Of a stretch of DNA of 64,000 bases, positions 39,601-51,446 are shown piece after piece (positions within the stretch are counted from its first letter, which is position 1; each line of letters starts with the position of its first letter). The position numbers and the translations under genes are program-made. A model generated the notes under the pieces. That model did no database searches. It was not told the DNA's origin and saw nothing but the letters and a program-made list of their open reading frames with translations. Location of the stretch: the IMG/VR virus record IMGVR_UViG_3300028888_000069, positions 61,413-125,412 of that record; one strand, written 5' to 3'. This stretch comes from a virus. Taxonomy: Duplodnaviria > Caudoviricetes.

Positions 39601-41824
39601 GAGCCTCTTCTTCTTCTTTTTTAAAGTCAGCATCAAGTGAAGGAAATATATCTCCATTGTCATTTTTTGGTTTTCCATAATCTTTTATGAATTCATCACT
39701 GTTAGCATAATAACAATTATTAAATAATGGTGTAGTTAAAACAAATCTATATTCATCTTCTATATAAGATTTTGGCATAACATATATTCCTTTTATTTTG
39801 ACATCACTATTCCCGTCTTTAATAATTACTAAATTTTTATTTGCTTTTAAATTAATGATTTCCATAGATTTTCCATCATATTCATCTTCTCCTATTTTAT
39901 ATTTAAAAGCTTTTTCTGAATTTATTAGTATATTATAATCATCCTAGGTACTGTTATCCCTTTCTAAAGTTATTTCATTAACAACAAGTGATTTCTTTTG
40001 GTCTTCAATATGTGCGTTTCCGCTATCATATTTTATCAATAATGGTTTTTCAGTAGTAAAGAAAGAAGGTTCAATTACCTTTCTGCCCTCTTCTTCCTTT
40101 TCTTCAAAAGTTTCCCATTCTTCTAAGGAAGGCTATAAACTGCTTTCTCCAAATTCTACATCATGAGATATTTTTACTAAATATAAAGTTCTAGAACTTA
40201 AACTGTTTTCAGAATCCGTATCAATATCAAAAGTTTCTGTAAATACTCCATTATAACTTTCTCTGTCTTCTACATAATAAGTCATTACAGGATCTGTATT
40301 TCCTCTATTACCTATATCTATAATATCATAAAATTCAAATTTAACATTTTTTATTTTAGAATTATACATAGGATATGATTCCCAGCCATAAGTTAATGTA
40401 ATAGAATCATCAGAATTGTAATATCTCCAATTATTTAATTGGAATATACCTGTACCTATTTTATTTAAATCTATACTTCCAGTAACTTCTAAATTAGTCA
40501 TTCCTCCAAATGTCATTCCAGGAAGTAAGGTATAATCTATAATAGTTGAACTTGGATCTTCTAGTTTTATTTTATGTTTATTTTGGATGCTATATAATTT
40601 TGTAAATTTATTATAGGAAATATTAGTATTTTCTTCTTTATCAGTAAGGCCTTTATTACCATCTATCTTATAAAAGGTTATTGGACCATAATTATCTTTT
40701 GAATATTCTGGATCTCCTTCCTGTCCTTCATTCTATATAAGACAATCGTTTATATATCCATATTCCTAATAACTATCTCCCTAATTTGAATTGCCAAAAA
40801 ATCCATCAGGAAAATTATAAGTATAATATGAATATATACATAAAGAATATGTGTCTCCACTTTTATATCCGCTTATAGCATAATTAAAAGATTGTATGGT
40901 ATTCAACTGCATTTTAAGATATAAAGGCCCAACAAGTTTTTTCCCGTAAGTGTTTACAGGTAATGCTTGTCTTTCTGCTATAAGTGCTTTATCGCCCTTT
41001 GTTTTATCGCTACTAGGTTTAGGTTTCTTTCCTCCTATAAAATATCCTTTATTAAAAATATCAATAGAAGAGTCCTCCTCCTTATCATCAATTATAGAAG
41101 TCCCATCAAACCTTTTTAAGGAAGGGGTTATATCAACAAATTCATTTTGGGAATTTAAAATTCCTATTGAAAAAGTAATAATATTATTTTTTAATAAATT
41201 TGCTTTTTCTCCTTCTCCTTTTATATTATTGTAATTGGATAAAAATTTAGATATTGTATCTTTTATATAAGAGGTCTCCTAATTCTCATCCTCATAAAAA
41301 GAGAATTTATCTCCAGCCCTTATTATATTTATATCCTCTAATAAATTTAAATCTTTTTCACAATTTACTAAAGGAACTAATATTATATCAGTTTTTAATG
41401 TAGTGGCTTCATCAATATCTGTTATTTCATTTTCAATATTAAAGTCTTCACCTTCACTGTTCGGTTCATTAAAAAAATAATTTATATCAATATTCCCACT
41501 TTTTAATCCGTCATATTCAGGCCCAAGCTTTCTTTCTGGAGAAGGAAATGAACCTAACTATCCCCTATTAGTTATAGGATTATATGCAGCTACATATATA
41601 ACGCCTCCATATTCTTTCATTCCTATTGGAACATATCCAGAAGGCAAAAAAGCATTGTCTACTCTTGCGTTGCCCATATCATTTTGAAGAACATTTTCAT
41701 TGCCATTCATTGTTAATAGTGTGGCATTAAGGGCATAGGAAAGAGTAGACTAACCTTGCTATAGGGGACTTGTATCCATTTGCAGGCCTCCATTAAAAGA
41801 ATTTTGTGCGAATTGTTGTGCCAT
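36620..41824 (-). CDS. crAss large tail protein, 1,734 aa (TAG=Gln)
   Basis: Fragments 36755, 37049, 37418, 37802, 39077, 39509 and 40133 are in frame with ATG 41824. N-terminus NSFNGGLQMD...ALNATLLTMNGNENVLQNDMGN...GMKEYGGVIY...GSFPSPER is a crAss tail-protein N-terminus I recognise. Confidence 0.8.
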
Positions 41825-41826
41825 AC

Positions 41827-42399
41827 TTATAAGTATTTATATTTATTATAAGATGTAAGCAAGTCATACATCTTTAAAGGATCTCTTACTATAATTAACT
41901 CTGCTTCTTTAGTAGACAGAGTTTCATAATATCGTGTATATTTAAAGGATTGGTAAGGCCATTTTATTCTGAATATATATTGTTTCCCTCTTTCTGAAAC
42001 TTTACATTCTTCTAATATCCTAAACATAAAAACTTTTTTAAACAGAATGTTTTTCTTTCTAGCTGTTTTGATTTGTTTTAAATATTCTTCAAACTATTTT
42101 TTTGTAAGGGCAAAATAGTAATAACCGTCCCATTGTATTCCTCTTCTTTTATACATGAAGCGTATCTTTCTTGCTAATTTATTAGCATAATAACTAAAAT
42201 TACGCAGCCCATTCTTCATTAGTTTTCCGATAAAACATTTAAATCTATTATCAGAAATGCTCACATCGCTGCCGTAACTATTACATAAATATATCATACT
42301 CCATCCATAATTCACAATTTTCTTTAAATCGTCCATTTTAACTTGTGGATATAATGAATGAAGCCTTTCAAAATAATCTTTAGTTTTAGTGAGTTTCAT
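41827..42399 (-). CDS. HU/IHF-like basic protein, 190 aa (TAG=Gln)
   Basis: Fragments 41827 and 42094 are in frame, joined through TAG 42094. Lys/Arg-rich. Position between ring and tail genes matches the crAss IHF-like genes. Confidence 0.6.
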
Positions 42400-42836
42400 T
42401 AACAGTATTGTTTTCCTTTATTAGTGTTTTCTATTATTTTATTTTTTAATTCTCCACTAACATATACTTTGGTTTCTTTCCATCTTCCTTCTACAGAATT
42501 GCCTCTTAATTGTAAAATAATATTATTACCAGTAAAATCCGATTCTAAAAAATCTACTCCTTTAAAAGCACCATTTTTTCTGGCTTTAACAAAATCATCT
42601 CCAGAAACTCTTTTCATAAACATATAGGCTTTCTTAGCTTTAACAGGCAATTCAAACTGTGCATTATCATCAATAATATCGTTTAATACCATATAAACGC
42701 TATCTTTGATTATTTTCTTTATCAAAGACTTTTTCTAAGATTTATTTAGCCCTTTTAATCCTTTTAATTTATCATAAGGAAATTTAATCAACATCTAATC
42801 TAAATTAAAAGCATGTCCAGTAGATAAGTTTTTCAT
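42399..42836 (-). CDS. HU/IHF-like basic protein, 145 aa (TAG=Gln)
   Basis: Fragment extended to ATG 42836 (MKNLSTGHAFNLD-Q...) through two TAGs. TAATG and ATGA overlaps on both sides. Confidence 0.6.
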
Positions 42837-43522
42837 CTTAATGGTTTATATGATTTTCCATACGCAGCTCTATCCCAAGAGCCTTTAACTTCTAATATAT
42901 TATTCATATCATTTTGATTAAGTCTTTGTATTCTAGCCTAATCACATAATCTATTCCATTCTGCTTTTAATAGATTAGCTACTTGTATTACTTGTGCATT
43001 ATTAGTAATAATACCTTCTTTAAATTTCTAAGTATAAGCCACATAGCAAGCTATTGCTGCTGCTTCTTTATCAGTAATTTCTGGAAGACCTTCATCATCC
43101 ATAAATATTCCTTTATATAGAATTTTTATAGGCCCATAATTATGGCTAAAATATAATGTATTGCCTATCTATTCATATTTTGCCATTTTCCCACTCATAT
43201 AAAAAGGAGATTTAAATGCTTTCTCTCTTTCTATAGCATTTTCAACAAAATGTGATACAGGTTCTCCATTATCAGAATAATTAGTTGTGTGTTCCCAGTC
43301 TTCAAATCCATAAGTAACGGCTTCTACTTCTATAGCATTACAAGGTAAATCGACTGTTAAAGACTCGTCTAAAGTAGTACAAAATCTATATAATTTTACA
43401 TTTTTGTTTCCTATTAAATTCCAGGCAACTAGTCCAATTTCTTCAAAGTCCTCTGTTTGTAAATCTAATCCATACAAACTATTTGTCAAAAATTGAGCAT
43501 AATGAAAATTTTGTAATTCCAT
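42833..43522 (-). CDS. crAss tail ring protein, 229 aa (TAG=Gln)
   Basis: DFEEIGLVAWNLIGNK...LPCN..EVEAVT...DDEGLPEITDKEAAAIA...SWDRAAYGKSYKP. TGA 42833 overlaps ATG 42836. Confidence 0.7.
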
Positions 43523-43524
43523 AA

Positions 43525-44241
43525 TTAACCTTTATTATATTCTTGATTATTAGCTTTTATTGGAGTAGCTAACTATCTATAATATTGTATTTTCTTTTTT
43601 GTAAGTTTTTCTTGGATAATACTATTTATAAAGGACATATTATCAGTAGATAAACCTTCGCCATCTTCTCCGCCTTCGCAAGGACAAGAATAACCTTCTA
43701 ACTAACGAGGATCTTTAAAAACAGCCGTTATAGAAACCTGCTCTACATAAAGAGTTCCAAATAAATAACAGTCGTACATTCCATTAGAATTGGGAGAACA
43801 GTCTATATAAACCCAAGGCTTATTTTTTCCTCTTTTTCTATATTTCTAATAATTAGGAGAAATATCTAAAGCTGAAGAATAAACAAGAAAAGAATTTTGT
43901 CTATCTGTGCTTCCTATATATTTTATTGCCCTATTTAGTCCCATATCAGATAAAATCTAAGGTATTTCAAAATGGGCTATTGGAGTTCCACATACTTCTT
44001 TATTGCAAGGACAATTATCCATTTGTTTGCAATCTACTGGAATACAATTTATAGATAGATATAAATCCTATCCTAATGATATCCCTTTTAATGTATATTC
44101 TTTAATGATTGCCAATCGTTCATTAACTATCTCATCTTCTAACTATTCCATTGACATGGACATATTTTGGTGTAATCCCCTTAGTCCAGAAACTACATCA
44201 TTACGAATGGCATCTGCTAATTTTCTAATTGGTGTCCACAT
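43525..44241 (-). CDS. crAss tail ring protein, 238 aa (TAG=Gln); missed by the standard-code track
   Basis: ATG 44241 MWTPIRKLADAIRNDVVSGLRG...INCIPVDC...HFEIP...YIGSTDR...AVFKDPR, ending at TAA 43525. Several in-frame TAGs. Confidence 0.75.
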
Positions 44242-44255
44242 ATTACTATAAAATT

Positions 44256-44287
44256 AAAAAACTGGAATGGGCGAGAGCCCACCCCAG
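44256..44287 (-). terminator. Intrinsic terminator after the auxiliary capsid gene
   Basis: Minus strand CTGGGGTGGGC-TCTC-GCCCATTCCAG followed by a T run. Confidence 0.8.
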
Positions 44288-44326
44288 CTATTATGTTTTA
44301 ATATTTAACTAGAGAATTACGATTTA

Positions 44327-45349
44327 TCAGTTTCCTGTTCCTGTTCCACTATCATCTCCAGAAACTACGTCATTTCCTTCTTCTGTTCCTTCAGAATCTC
44401 CAGAAGTTTCAGGAACGGTCTTTATTGTTACGCCTAAACCAGTCAAAGCGGTTTCAAAAGCATCCTTTACACTATCGTCAACATAGAATACATGAGTAGT
44501 ATAAGATTGAACTCCCATACCAACTGCTTCTCCTGCAATACCTACTCTAACTCCAGATTTTTGATGGATAGTATATTGAGTATATTGTCCGCCTCTTGCT
44601 GGTGCTTCATCTTCTAGAGGAGCATCCCATCTAGTGTTATAAGTAGTAGGTATTCTAAGATTGTGAATCATCCAAGCATAATTACCAAATGCTTCAACAT
44701 TAGGAGTGATTTCTACTTGATTATCTCCCAATTCTTCGTCTTCTTGAAGAACAACACCTTCAGCAATAACTTCAAATTCGCCAAGATTAGAGCAACAAGC
44801 AACTGTCATTCCGCCTTCAGCATTATACTTTTCGAGATTTGCAGTTCTGATAATTTGATAGTCATACTTTCCAGTGAACTTTATTACTCCTTCACCTTCG
44901 TTTGTTACAACTAAAAGATCTTCATCAGTATAAAGTAAAGCATACTTCTTTGCGATGGCTATAATTCTTTTAACTATTTCATTGGAATCTTTAAGTGCGT
45001 TGTTTTCTATATCAGATGCTTTAACAGGGAATTCTATATAGAGAGGCTTTCCTTTATATACTAAATTATTAGCATAGAAAGAATCTTGGCTGGACATTGC
45101 AAGACCAATATAGAATACAAATCTATAAGTGCCTGCTTCTGTTATAAAGTCATCTAAAACAAAAGTTACTTCTGCTGGAGAGCCAGCTGCATATTCTCTC
45201 TTATAAACAGCTTCTATGTTTTTATCTGTAAACTTAAAGTGCTTTTTAATCACTAATATTTTATCATCTCCTTTTTGAGACGATACGAAAATGTTCTGAC
45301 CGTTATAGGTATCAGAATTGATAATGGTTTGTCTTGTAAATTCAAACAT
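44327..45349 (-). CDS. crAss auxiliary capsid protein (340 aa)
   Basis: Intact TAG-free ORF (MFEFTRQTIINS...FGNYAWMIHNLRIPT...YTQYTI...SYTTHVFYV). Lies in the crAss head gene block with its own terminator. Confidence 0.7.
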   Translation of the reverse strand: MFEFTRQTIINSDTYNGQNIFVSSQKGDDKILVIKKHFKFTDKNIEAVYKREYAAGSPAEVTFVLDDFITEAGTYRFVFYIGLAMSSQDSFYANNLVYKGKPLYIEFPVKASDIENNALKDSNEIVKRIIAIAKKYALLYTDEDLLVVTNEGEGVIKFTGKYDYQIIRTANLEKYNAEGGMTVACCSNLGEFEVIAEGVVLQEDEELGDNQVEITPNVEAFGNYAWMIHNLRIPTTYNTRWDAPLEDEAPARGGQYTQYTIHQKSGVRVGIAGEAVGMGVQSYTTHVFYVDDSVKDAFETALTGLGVTIKTVPETSGDSEGTEEGNDVVSGDDSGTGTGN

Positions 45350-45374
45350 AATTTTTTAATTAATTTTTAGCATT

Positions 45375-46685
45375 TTATTGCTGTGCTTCTTGCTATTGCT
45401 GAGCTGGATTAGCAATAGACTGTGTAACTATTGGATGTGATTGTAGCCTAGGATCTGCACTGTTCTCCATGACTAAGTGTACCAACTCATTTATTATCTC
45501 TTGACAGACATAATCTGGAAACTCCATCATCTAAGAAGTATCTTCTGTCAAGTCTAATTGCTCCTGAGTAAGACGAATCCACTGAGGGGCTTTAATATAG
45601 TCTACGTAAACGCTATCTAGAGTAAATAGACTGTTGTCTTTGCCATAACGAATTTCTAATCTTACATTAGAATTATTTCCATAACGGACTTCTCCTGCTC
45701 TTTCTACTTTATCATATACATTTGTAGTATTATCAGTTTTAGTGGCCGCTCTTTTCTACTAATATCCAGATTCATTAATGTTTCTTACATTATACTGATA
45801 TGTACTATAAACATACTGTTCTAATGTATCTTCAAAATCATATACTGTTTGCTAAGTAGATGTATTTATAACTCCTACAACCCTTTCTCCAATAACTACA
45901 TTTTTTATGTATATATTTGTTGTGGAACCTTCTTCTACTTCATAAGTGTCATATGATAGTAAAACAGTTCCTTCGTCGTCTAATACTGAATATTTTGGTT
46001 GCTCTTTAAATTGAAAAGTTCTAGATATTCCGTTTTTTGGAGATATGTAATCGTTTTTGTCATCAATATAAGTATCACCATATAAACTACTTTTAGTAGA
46101 GCTTTTTAAATGGGTAATATCAATATTTCCGGGATCAGTCGGTACATTTATTTTATCGTTAGGAACACGACCAAAACCTCCTTGTACATTGATTTTTCCT
46201 CCGTTTTCTAAATCAGTATTTACATTATGGATATAATAGTAAGGTCTTTTATATGTAGGTCTCATATAAAAGTTATTTATAATTTGAGACCACAAATCGG
46301 CAGTCAATCTAGTTGCCCCGAATTGCACATATGTTCCTGCATCATAACATTTAAAAGGTTTATTCACTTTAAAGTTACATATGCAATTTAATATATGTAG
46401 ATAGTCCTTTGGTAAATTAAATTCATATATAGCTCCCCACATAGCATCTGCTGCTGTTACATTGTTAACTGGTTTATCGTTATTTGCTTTTAGAACGCAA
46501 GAAGACTTTAATACCCTTAAATCATCAGTTGTCTGTTGATTTATATCATAAATATTATACCTTTTGTTTGTATATTGGTTTATGGCTTTGTTAAAAAGAT
46601 AATTAAAATCTTCAAGCAGCAAACTAGGGGCTTGAACTTTATTTAACTCTATTAATACGCCTTCATAGACTTGTCTGGCAGTCAT
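45375..46685 (-). CDS. crAss ring/tail-tubular protein, 436 aa (TAG=Gln), with a central insertion
   Basis: MTARQVYEGVLIELNKVQAPSLLLEDFNY... continues through TAGs to LEIRYG...YVDYIKAPQ...EFPDYVCQEIINELV...DPRL and TAA 45375. Confidence 0.75.
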
Positions 46686-46704
46686 TTAAAATACTTTTAA
46701 ATAA

Positions 46705-47562
46705 TTAATCTTCCATTAATTCTGGATAAGTATCTCTTTTTATTAAGTCTAGAAGATTTTTATGTTTAGGATCTTTTAAATATAATATGGCAGCTTCGTC
46801 AGTAGCTCCCAAAACAACATTGTCTGAGTATATATATAATTTATTTTTAAAATTAATAATATGTTTTTCTCGAGCATCTACAAATAAAAGTCTTATAGAT
46901 AAATCTCCTCCAGTATAAAGATTAATAATTTTATCTGGGTCTTTTTCAGCCAGTTGAATCAAATAATCAGTAATATCGGCATCTGGCATATTGGTCATAT
47001 TCTTACCTAAAAGTCTGGCCATTTTAACCCTGCCATCATATCCTCTTGAATCAGTATAGATAAATTGACAAGCATCAAATATTTTCTTTTTCTTGGATAC
47101 TCTTCTTACTGCTTCTTCTCCTGGTCTTTCAACATAAAGTTCCGCAATTCCAAATCGTGGCTAATGAGAACTCCATCCCATAGTACCATCAATTAGAAGA
47201 TTGCCATTTGAATCTTTTGCATATCTATCTGGAGCAATTAATTTACAATGTTTAATAGCTTCCCAAATAGCTCTTTCTCTTGTGTCATCTAAATTGAAAG
47301 TAGTGCCATCTACAATAGTAAATACATCAGACTCTTTTATAAATTCATCTGGATCTTTTTTCTTATCTTCTTCTGATAAAATCAAGTCATTATGTGAATC
47401 TACCTTTTTAACACAATCTGCATATCTTCCTGTTCTAGGATCTTTAGAAGGCTGAATTTTATATTCAATTCCTACTTTTCCGTTTACGCTTCTTAATACA
47501 ATTTTATTTGACTGTTCTATATCTAACTTTGTTGTTTGTGAGTCATTTACTTTCTTTGCCAT
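46705..47562 (-). CDS. Conserved crAss head-associated protein downstream of the MCP, 285 aa (TAG=Gln)
   Basis: Fragments 46705 and 47161 are in frame, joined through TAG 47161 (…GWSSH-Q-PRFGIAELYVERPG…). Confidence 0.7.
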
Positions 47563-47594
47563 ATTAATTCATTAATCATTTTATATATTATAAT

Positions 47595-47622
47595 ATGTAG
47601 AGGAGATTGAACTCCTCTACAT
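47595..47622 (-). terminator. Stem-loop directly after the major capsid gene (terminator or mRNA stabiliser)
   Basis: Perfect 11-bp stem ATGTAGAGGAG-(6 nt)-CTCCTCTACAT, 21 nt downstream of the MCP stop. The U tract is weak. Confidence 0.7.
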
Positions 47623-47643
47623 TATCTATCTTAAAGTTTTTTA

Positions 47644-49065
47644 TTAAAGTTCTCTTAAGATATAAGAACGATAAGGATTGAACACTGCAATACCAGAGTA
47701 ACCCCAGTTAATCAACTTGCTACCAGCAACTGGGCTAGAAACTACTCCAGAACTTAAACCGTTTTCACCACCAACACCAAGATACTTGTTGGAAATGAAG
47801 TCGCCACCCTTCAAAGTAAAGAGAGCGATAGGAGGTTGAGAAGAAGTCTTATCCGCAGTAAGGTCTAATGCAAGACCATATCCCTTGTCATAACCAAATT
47901 CTCTAGAGAATGTTCTATCTACAGTAAAGCTGATGCTATTTCCTGCATAAGTATAAGTATCATAAGTAGCACCGACCTTTACGTAGTCATTAGCCTTTTG
48001 AGACCATAAGAATGTGCCATCAGTATGATAATCAGCAAGATATTTACCAAGAACACTTTGTACATCATTCCAAAGCTTTTCGTTGCAGATGAATAAATAG
48101 TGATTACCAGTAGGGTTATCAGCTTTTTGATTCAATGCAGCAAGAGCAGTATGGAATACTTCAAGAGTTAACTTATTATAAGCATACTTAGAAGCATACT
48201 TTTCAACTTGCGGAATCAAACCCTCACCTATATAAATAGGTCTATTGGTGTCTGGGTCTACAATAGTCGGTTTGCCATTAGCATCAATATTACCTTTATT
48301 GAATAACAAACCTTGGTTTCTAACTAACAAGAAGTTTTCGAGCAAGTTCTTTTGAACTTTATCCATACGATAAAGAGTTTCGCTCAAATCTCCTTGATTC
48401 TTTCCTTCACTAATCTTAATGAAGGTATCTTCATGTGCAGCATATAAAGCAGAATAAGAAGCATCAACACGGTGAGTAGTAATATAGCCTCTGTGCTTTT
48501 CTACATTAGATTGCCATTTGCAATAGCCTTCTTCGTGAAGCTCTGGCATAGCAACACTAATGAAACGAGTCTTCATTCCTGGTTGACAAGCACTTAAATC
48601 AAGTTCAGTGTCATAGTTATTATCAATAAGTCTTACTGTTACACACCAGTAATTATCAGCTTTTCTGATAGGTCTTGCAACAACTTGACACATTTGACCG
48701 CTTTCTTCAATCTTAAAGATGTCATACTTTTCATAGTATCTCTCTTTAAATGCCATTTCGATTTCCGCTCCATTTGCTCCAGTAGATTCTGGAACTGCTG
48801 CAAATTCAACTCTCTTGATGTAGTTAGTTTCTACTTCCCATTCAAACATCATAGAATCTATTGATTGATACTTACTTTTGCTCTTTTGATCTTGATAGAA
48901 AATGTTTTTCAAAGATTCAGTTAAATAAGTAGCAGTCAGATTTGGATAAAGTCTAGAAACAACACCAAGTCTTTCTGGTTTTGTACCCAAATATTTGTAA
49001 AAATCCTCATAGGTTCGGGTATCACCCATGGTAGGAATATTGCTAGTAAATGATGCAATTCTCAT
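47644..49065 (-). CDS. crAss-like major capsid protein (473 aa)
   Basis: Intact ORF with FEWEVETNYIKRVEF, FKERYY, MPELHEEGY, IYIGEGLIPQ and GIAVFNPYRS; size and position (scaffold upstream, hairpin downstream) match a crAss MCP. Confidence 0.9.
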   Translation of the reverse strand: MRIASFTSNIPTMGDTRTYEDFYKYLGTKPERLGVVSRLYPNLTATYLTESLKNIFYQDQKSKSKYQSIDSMMFEWEVETNYIKRVEFAAVPESTGANGAEIEMAFKERYYEKYDIFKIEESGQMCQVVARPIRKADNYWCVTVRLIDNNYDTELDLSACQPGMKTRFISVAMPELHEEGYCKWQSNVEKHRGYITTHRVDASYSALYAAHEDTFIKISEGKNQGDLSETLYRMDKVQKNLLENFLLVRNQGLLFNKGNIDANGKPTIVDPDTNRPIYIGEGLIPQVEKYASKYAYNKLTLEVFHTALAALNQKADNPTGNHYLFICNEKLWNDVQSVLGKYLADYHTDGTFLWSQKANDYVKVGATYDTYTYAGNSISFTVDRTFSREFGYDKGYGLALDLTADKTSSQPPIALFTLKGGDFISNKYLGVGGENGLSSGVVSSPVAGSKLINWGYSGIAVFNPYRSYILREL

Positions 49066-49095
49066 ATTTTCTATTTAACACTTTTATATATAATG

Positions 49096-50154
49096 TCAAT
49101 CTAAATCTTCTATTGATTTGATTGGCTGTCTATAACTATTATGTCCGGCAGAAGGTTGTCTTTGTATTACAACATTTGAAGGATTTTCTTTCTATCCATC
49201 TGCCAATCCTTGGTAGTAACGTGCTTCTGAAACACGCTTAATCTCATTAATAAAATAGTCAGAAATGTTATTTATAGCTTCCTCACCATTTAACATAAAC
49301 CAAGCTGCTCTTATTGCTTGATTAGGGTCTTGGATAGCTTTATAGAAATAATTCATTCCATTTTGATCTTGTCCAAGCATAAATGCCGCTAATTCCTCCT
49401 TATCGGCGTCTTCCATATTGATGTCTAGATTTCCCAATCTATCAAATCCTTGGATAGCATTTACTACGTTATTTTGATAATTCATAAAAGCCTCCTGTTG
49501 CTGTTGTTCATAATCAGCCTAGGCCTGCATTTCTTCGTAGTCTTCTCTTTGCTTGTATTCGTTTCTAATACCATCTACCTGCTTCTTATAAAGATCTTCA
49601 TCAAATTTAGCTGTATTTAAAGCCTATTCTATTTGAGCATCACTAAGTTCCCCAACTCTAGATTCTAGATCTAAAATATACAGTTCATCGTCTGATAAAT
49701 CGTCTACTTTATAAGCAGGAACACTATTTTGATCTACATAAGAATTTATTGCCTGTTGTTGGACAGCTGTCAAATAATCCTGCGGTGTTAAACCGCTTTG
49801 TCTCATATTATTTAATAAAGCCACTTCTTGATCAGCCAATCCATACTTATCCTCTATAGCAGCTTCTTGTTGTCCAGTAGGCGTATTAAGAATATTAATC
49901 TATTCTTCCCTACTTAAACTGTCCCAATCTCTTTCTTCTATTTGTCCATATTCGTTTTCGAATTTAATTCTGGACGGATCTGAAATCCCCTTACTTCTTA
50001 AAAAATCAGTGGTAAAATCTTCGGTTTCAGAATTATCACTGGAATTATTTTCATAAGGCTCTTCCTGGCCACCATAATTAGATTCTGAATAAGAATTACT
50101 TTCTTCTTGTTCTTCTTGTTCAAAATCATCAATTTCATCAATTCCTATTGCCAT
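49096..50154 (-). CDS. Acidic scaffold-like protein upstream of the MCP, 352 aa (TAG=Gln)
   Basis: Fragments 49192, 49624 and 49900 are in frame. Very acidic N-terminus; ends PIKSIEDLD-TGA at 49096. Confidence 0.7.
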
Positions 50155-50229
50155 ATTTATATAATTTATATATTAGTATCTTAAATATACTTAAATGTTA
50201 AAAAATGTCAAAATTTTTTTTTAAATTTA

Positions 50230-51192
50230 TTAAGAGATGTTAACATCTTCTGTTAAAAAATAACCTTCTTCATCTATAGTTCCTTCTATAGTAAAAGTTT
50301 TGGTTCCGGTTCCATTTCTTGCCTGTCCTTTAAATCTAGCTTTATTTTCGCTATTGTTTTTATATTCCGAATAATCAAATTTACAAGAATACTAAACATT
50401 ATTATATGTATACTCAACTATAAAGTAATTATTTATTATTCTGTCTTCAGCTTCTTCTCCCAAAAATGTTTTTCCTGGGATATCTTCGTCTTCATCTTCT
50501 TCTCCTCCCTCTTGATACACTGTAAGTAAATTAGATATTTCAATATTTTGGCTTGATTCTATTTTATCAATCTATAATATTGATTTTCCTTCTTCTGTTT
50601 TTAAAGAAAAACTTCCAGAAAATTCCTATAACGAATTTACAATTAAATCTCCTCTATTAGAAACAGAAATACTTTCATTTATAGATTCTAACCCATTTAT
50701 ATTTTTAACGTTTAAAGAATCTATGTTTGGAAGATTTAATAATAAATTAATTAAACTTCCATTATCATCAGCTATATATAAAGCTTTTTTGTCTTCTATA
50801 TAAACTATACCTTGTGAGACCTCTTGAGCATCTTCTAATGTGGGATAAATAAACCCAATGTTTTTTAATGCTTGATACTTCTAATCTAAAGAAGTTTCCT
50901 ACTCTACTTTAAAAGAAACATAGTCGTTACTTATTTCCCCTTTTAATGTATAAGTTTCTCCATTATTAATAATGTATATACTCCCGTCATCGGCTATGTA
51001 TATTCCATCTTCAGTTTCTTCACTTATATCATCTGTTTGTTTAATAAAGTAAGAGTCAGAACTTCCACCTATTTTTCCATCTTTAAATAAATTAAAGAAT
51101 TGTTTTCCGACTCTTACTTTTATTTCTCCTTTTGTATTTAGAACTAAATCAGTATTTCCTTTTCCAATTTCTCCATAGGATCTACCAAACAT
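50230..51192 (-). CDS. Hypothetical structural protein, 320 aa (TAG=Gln)
   Basis: Fragment 50899..51192 (MFGRSYGEIG...KGEIKVRVGKQF) continues through TAGs to TAA 50230. Confidence 0.6.
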
Positions 51193-51203
51193 CTAAAAAT
51201 CAT

Positions 51204-51446
51204 TCATAATATTAAATATTGTAAAGCTTTTAAAATAAATGCAATAATAGCACCTGTTCCTACAAATATAGTGTTTTCAAATATTTTACTCTTTTCTTTC
51301 TTATCTATCCATACTCCTATTAAAGCAAAAAATAGCAAAGATATAATTCCTGCCCATATTGAATACGAAAGACAATAAGTTGCAGACCATCCAGATAACA
51401 ATAATCCAAATATCTTAAAAGCTTTCTTTTTTAGCCATTCTTTCAT
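51204..51446 (-). CDS. Small membrane protein (80 aa, 2-3 TM helices) coupled to the endolysin; possible holin or lysis accessory
   Basis: Hydrophobic stretches and a basic N-terminus; TAATG overlap with the endolysin stop at 51446. Confidence 0.55.
   Translation of the reverse strand: MKEWLKKKAFKIFGLLLSGWSATYCLSYSIWAGIISLLFFALIGVWIDKKEKSKIFENTIFVGTGAIIAFILKALQYLIL

Noticed and set aside
566-44241. Massive pseudogenisation or sequencing error as the cause of ORF fragmentation
   Set aside because: The breaks examined are all TAG in a constant frame, with no frameshifts or TAA/TGA. Catalytic motifs and gene overlaps are intact, which indicates recoding, not decay.
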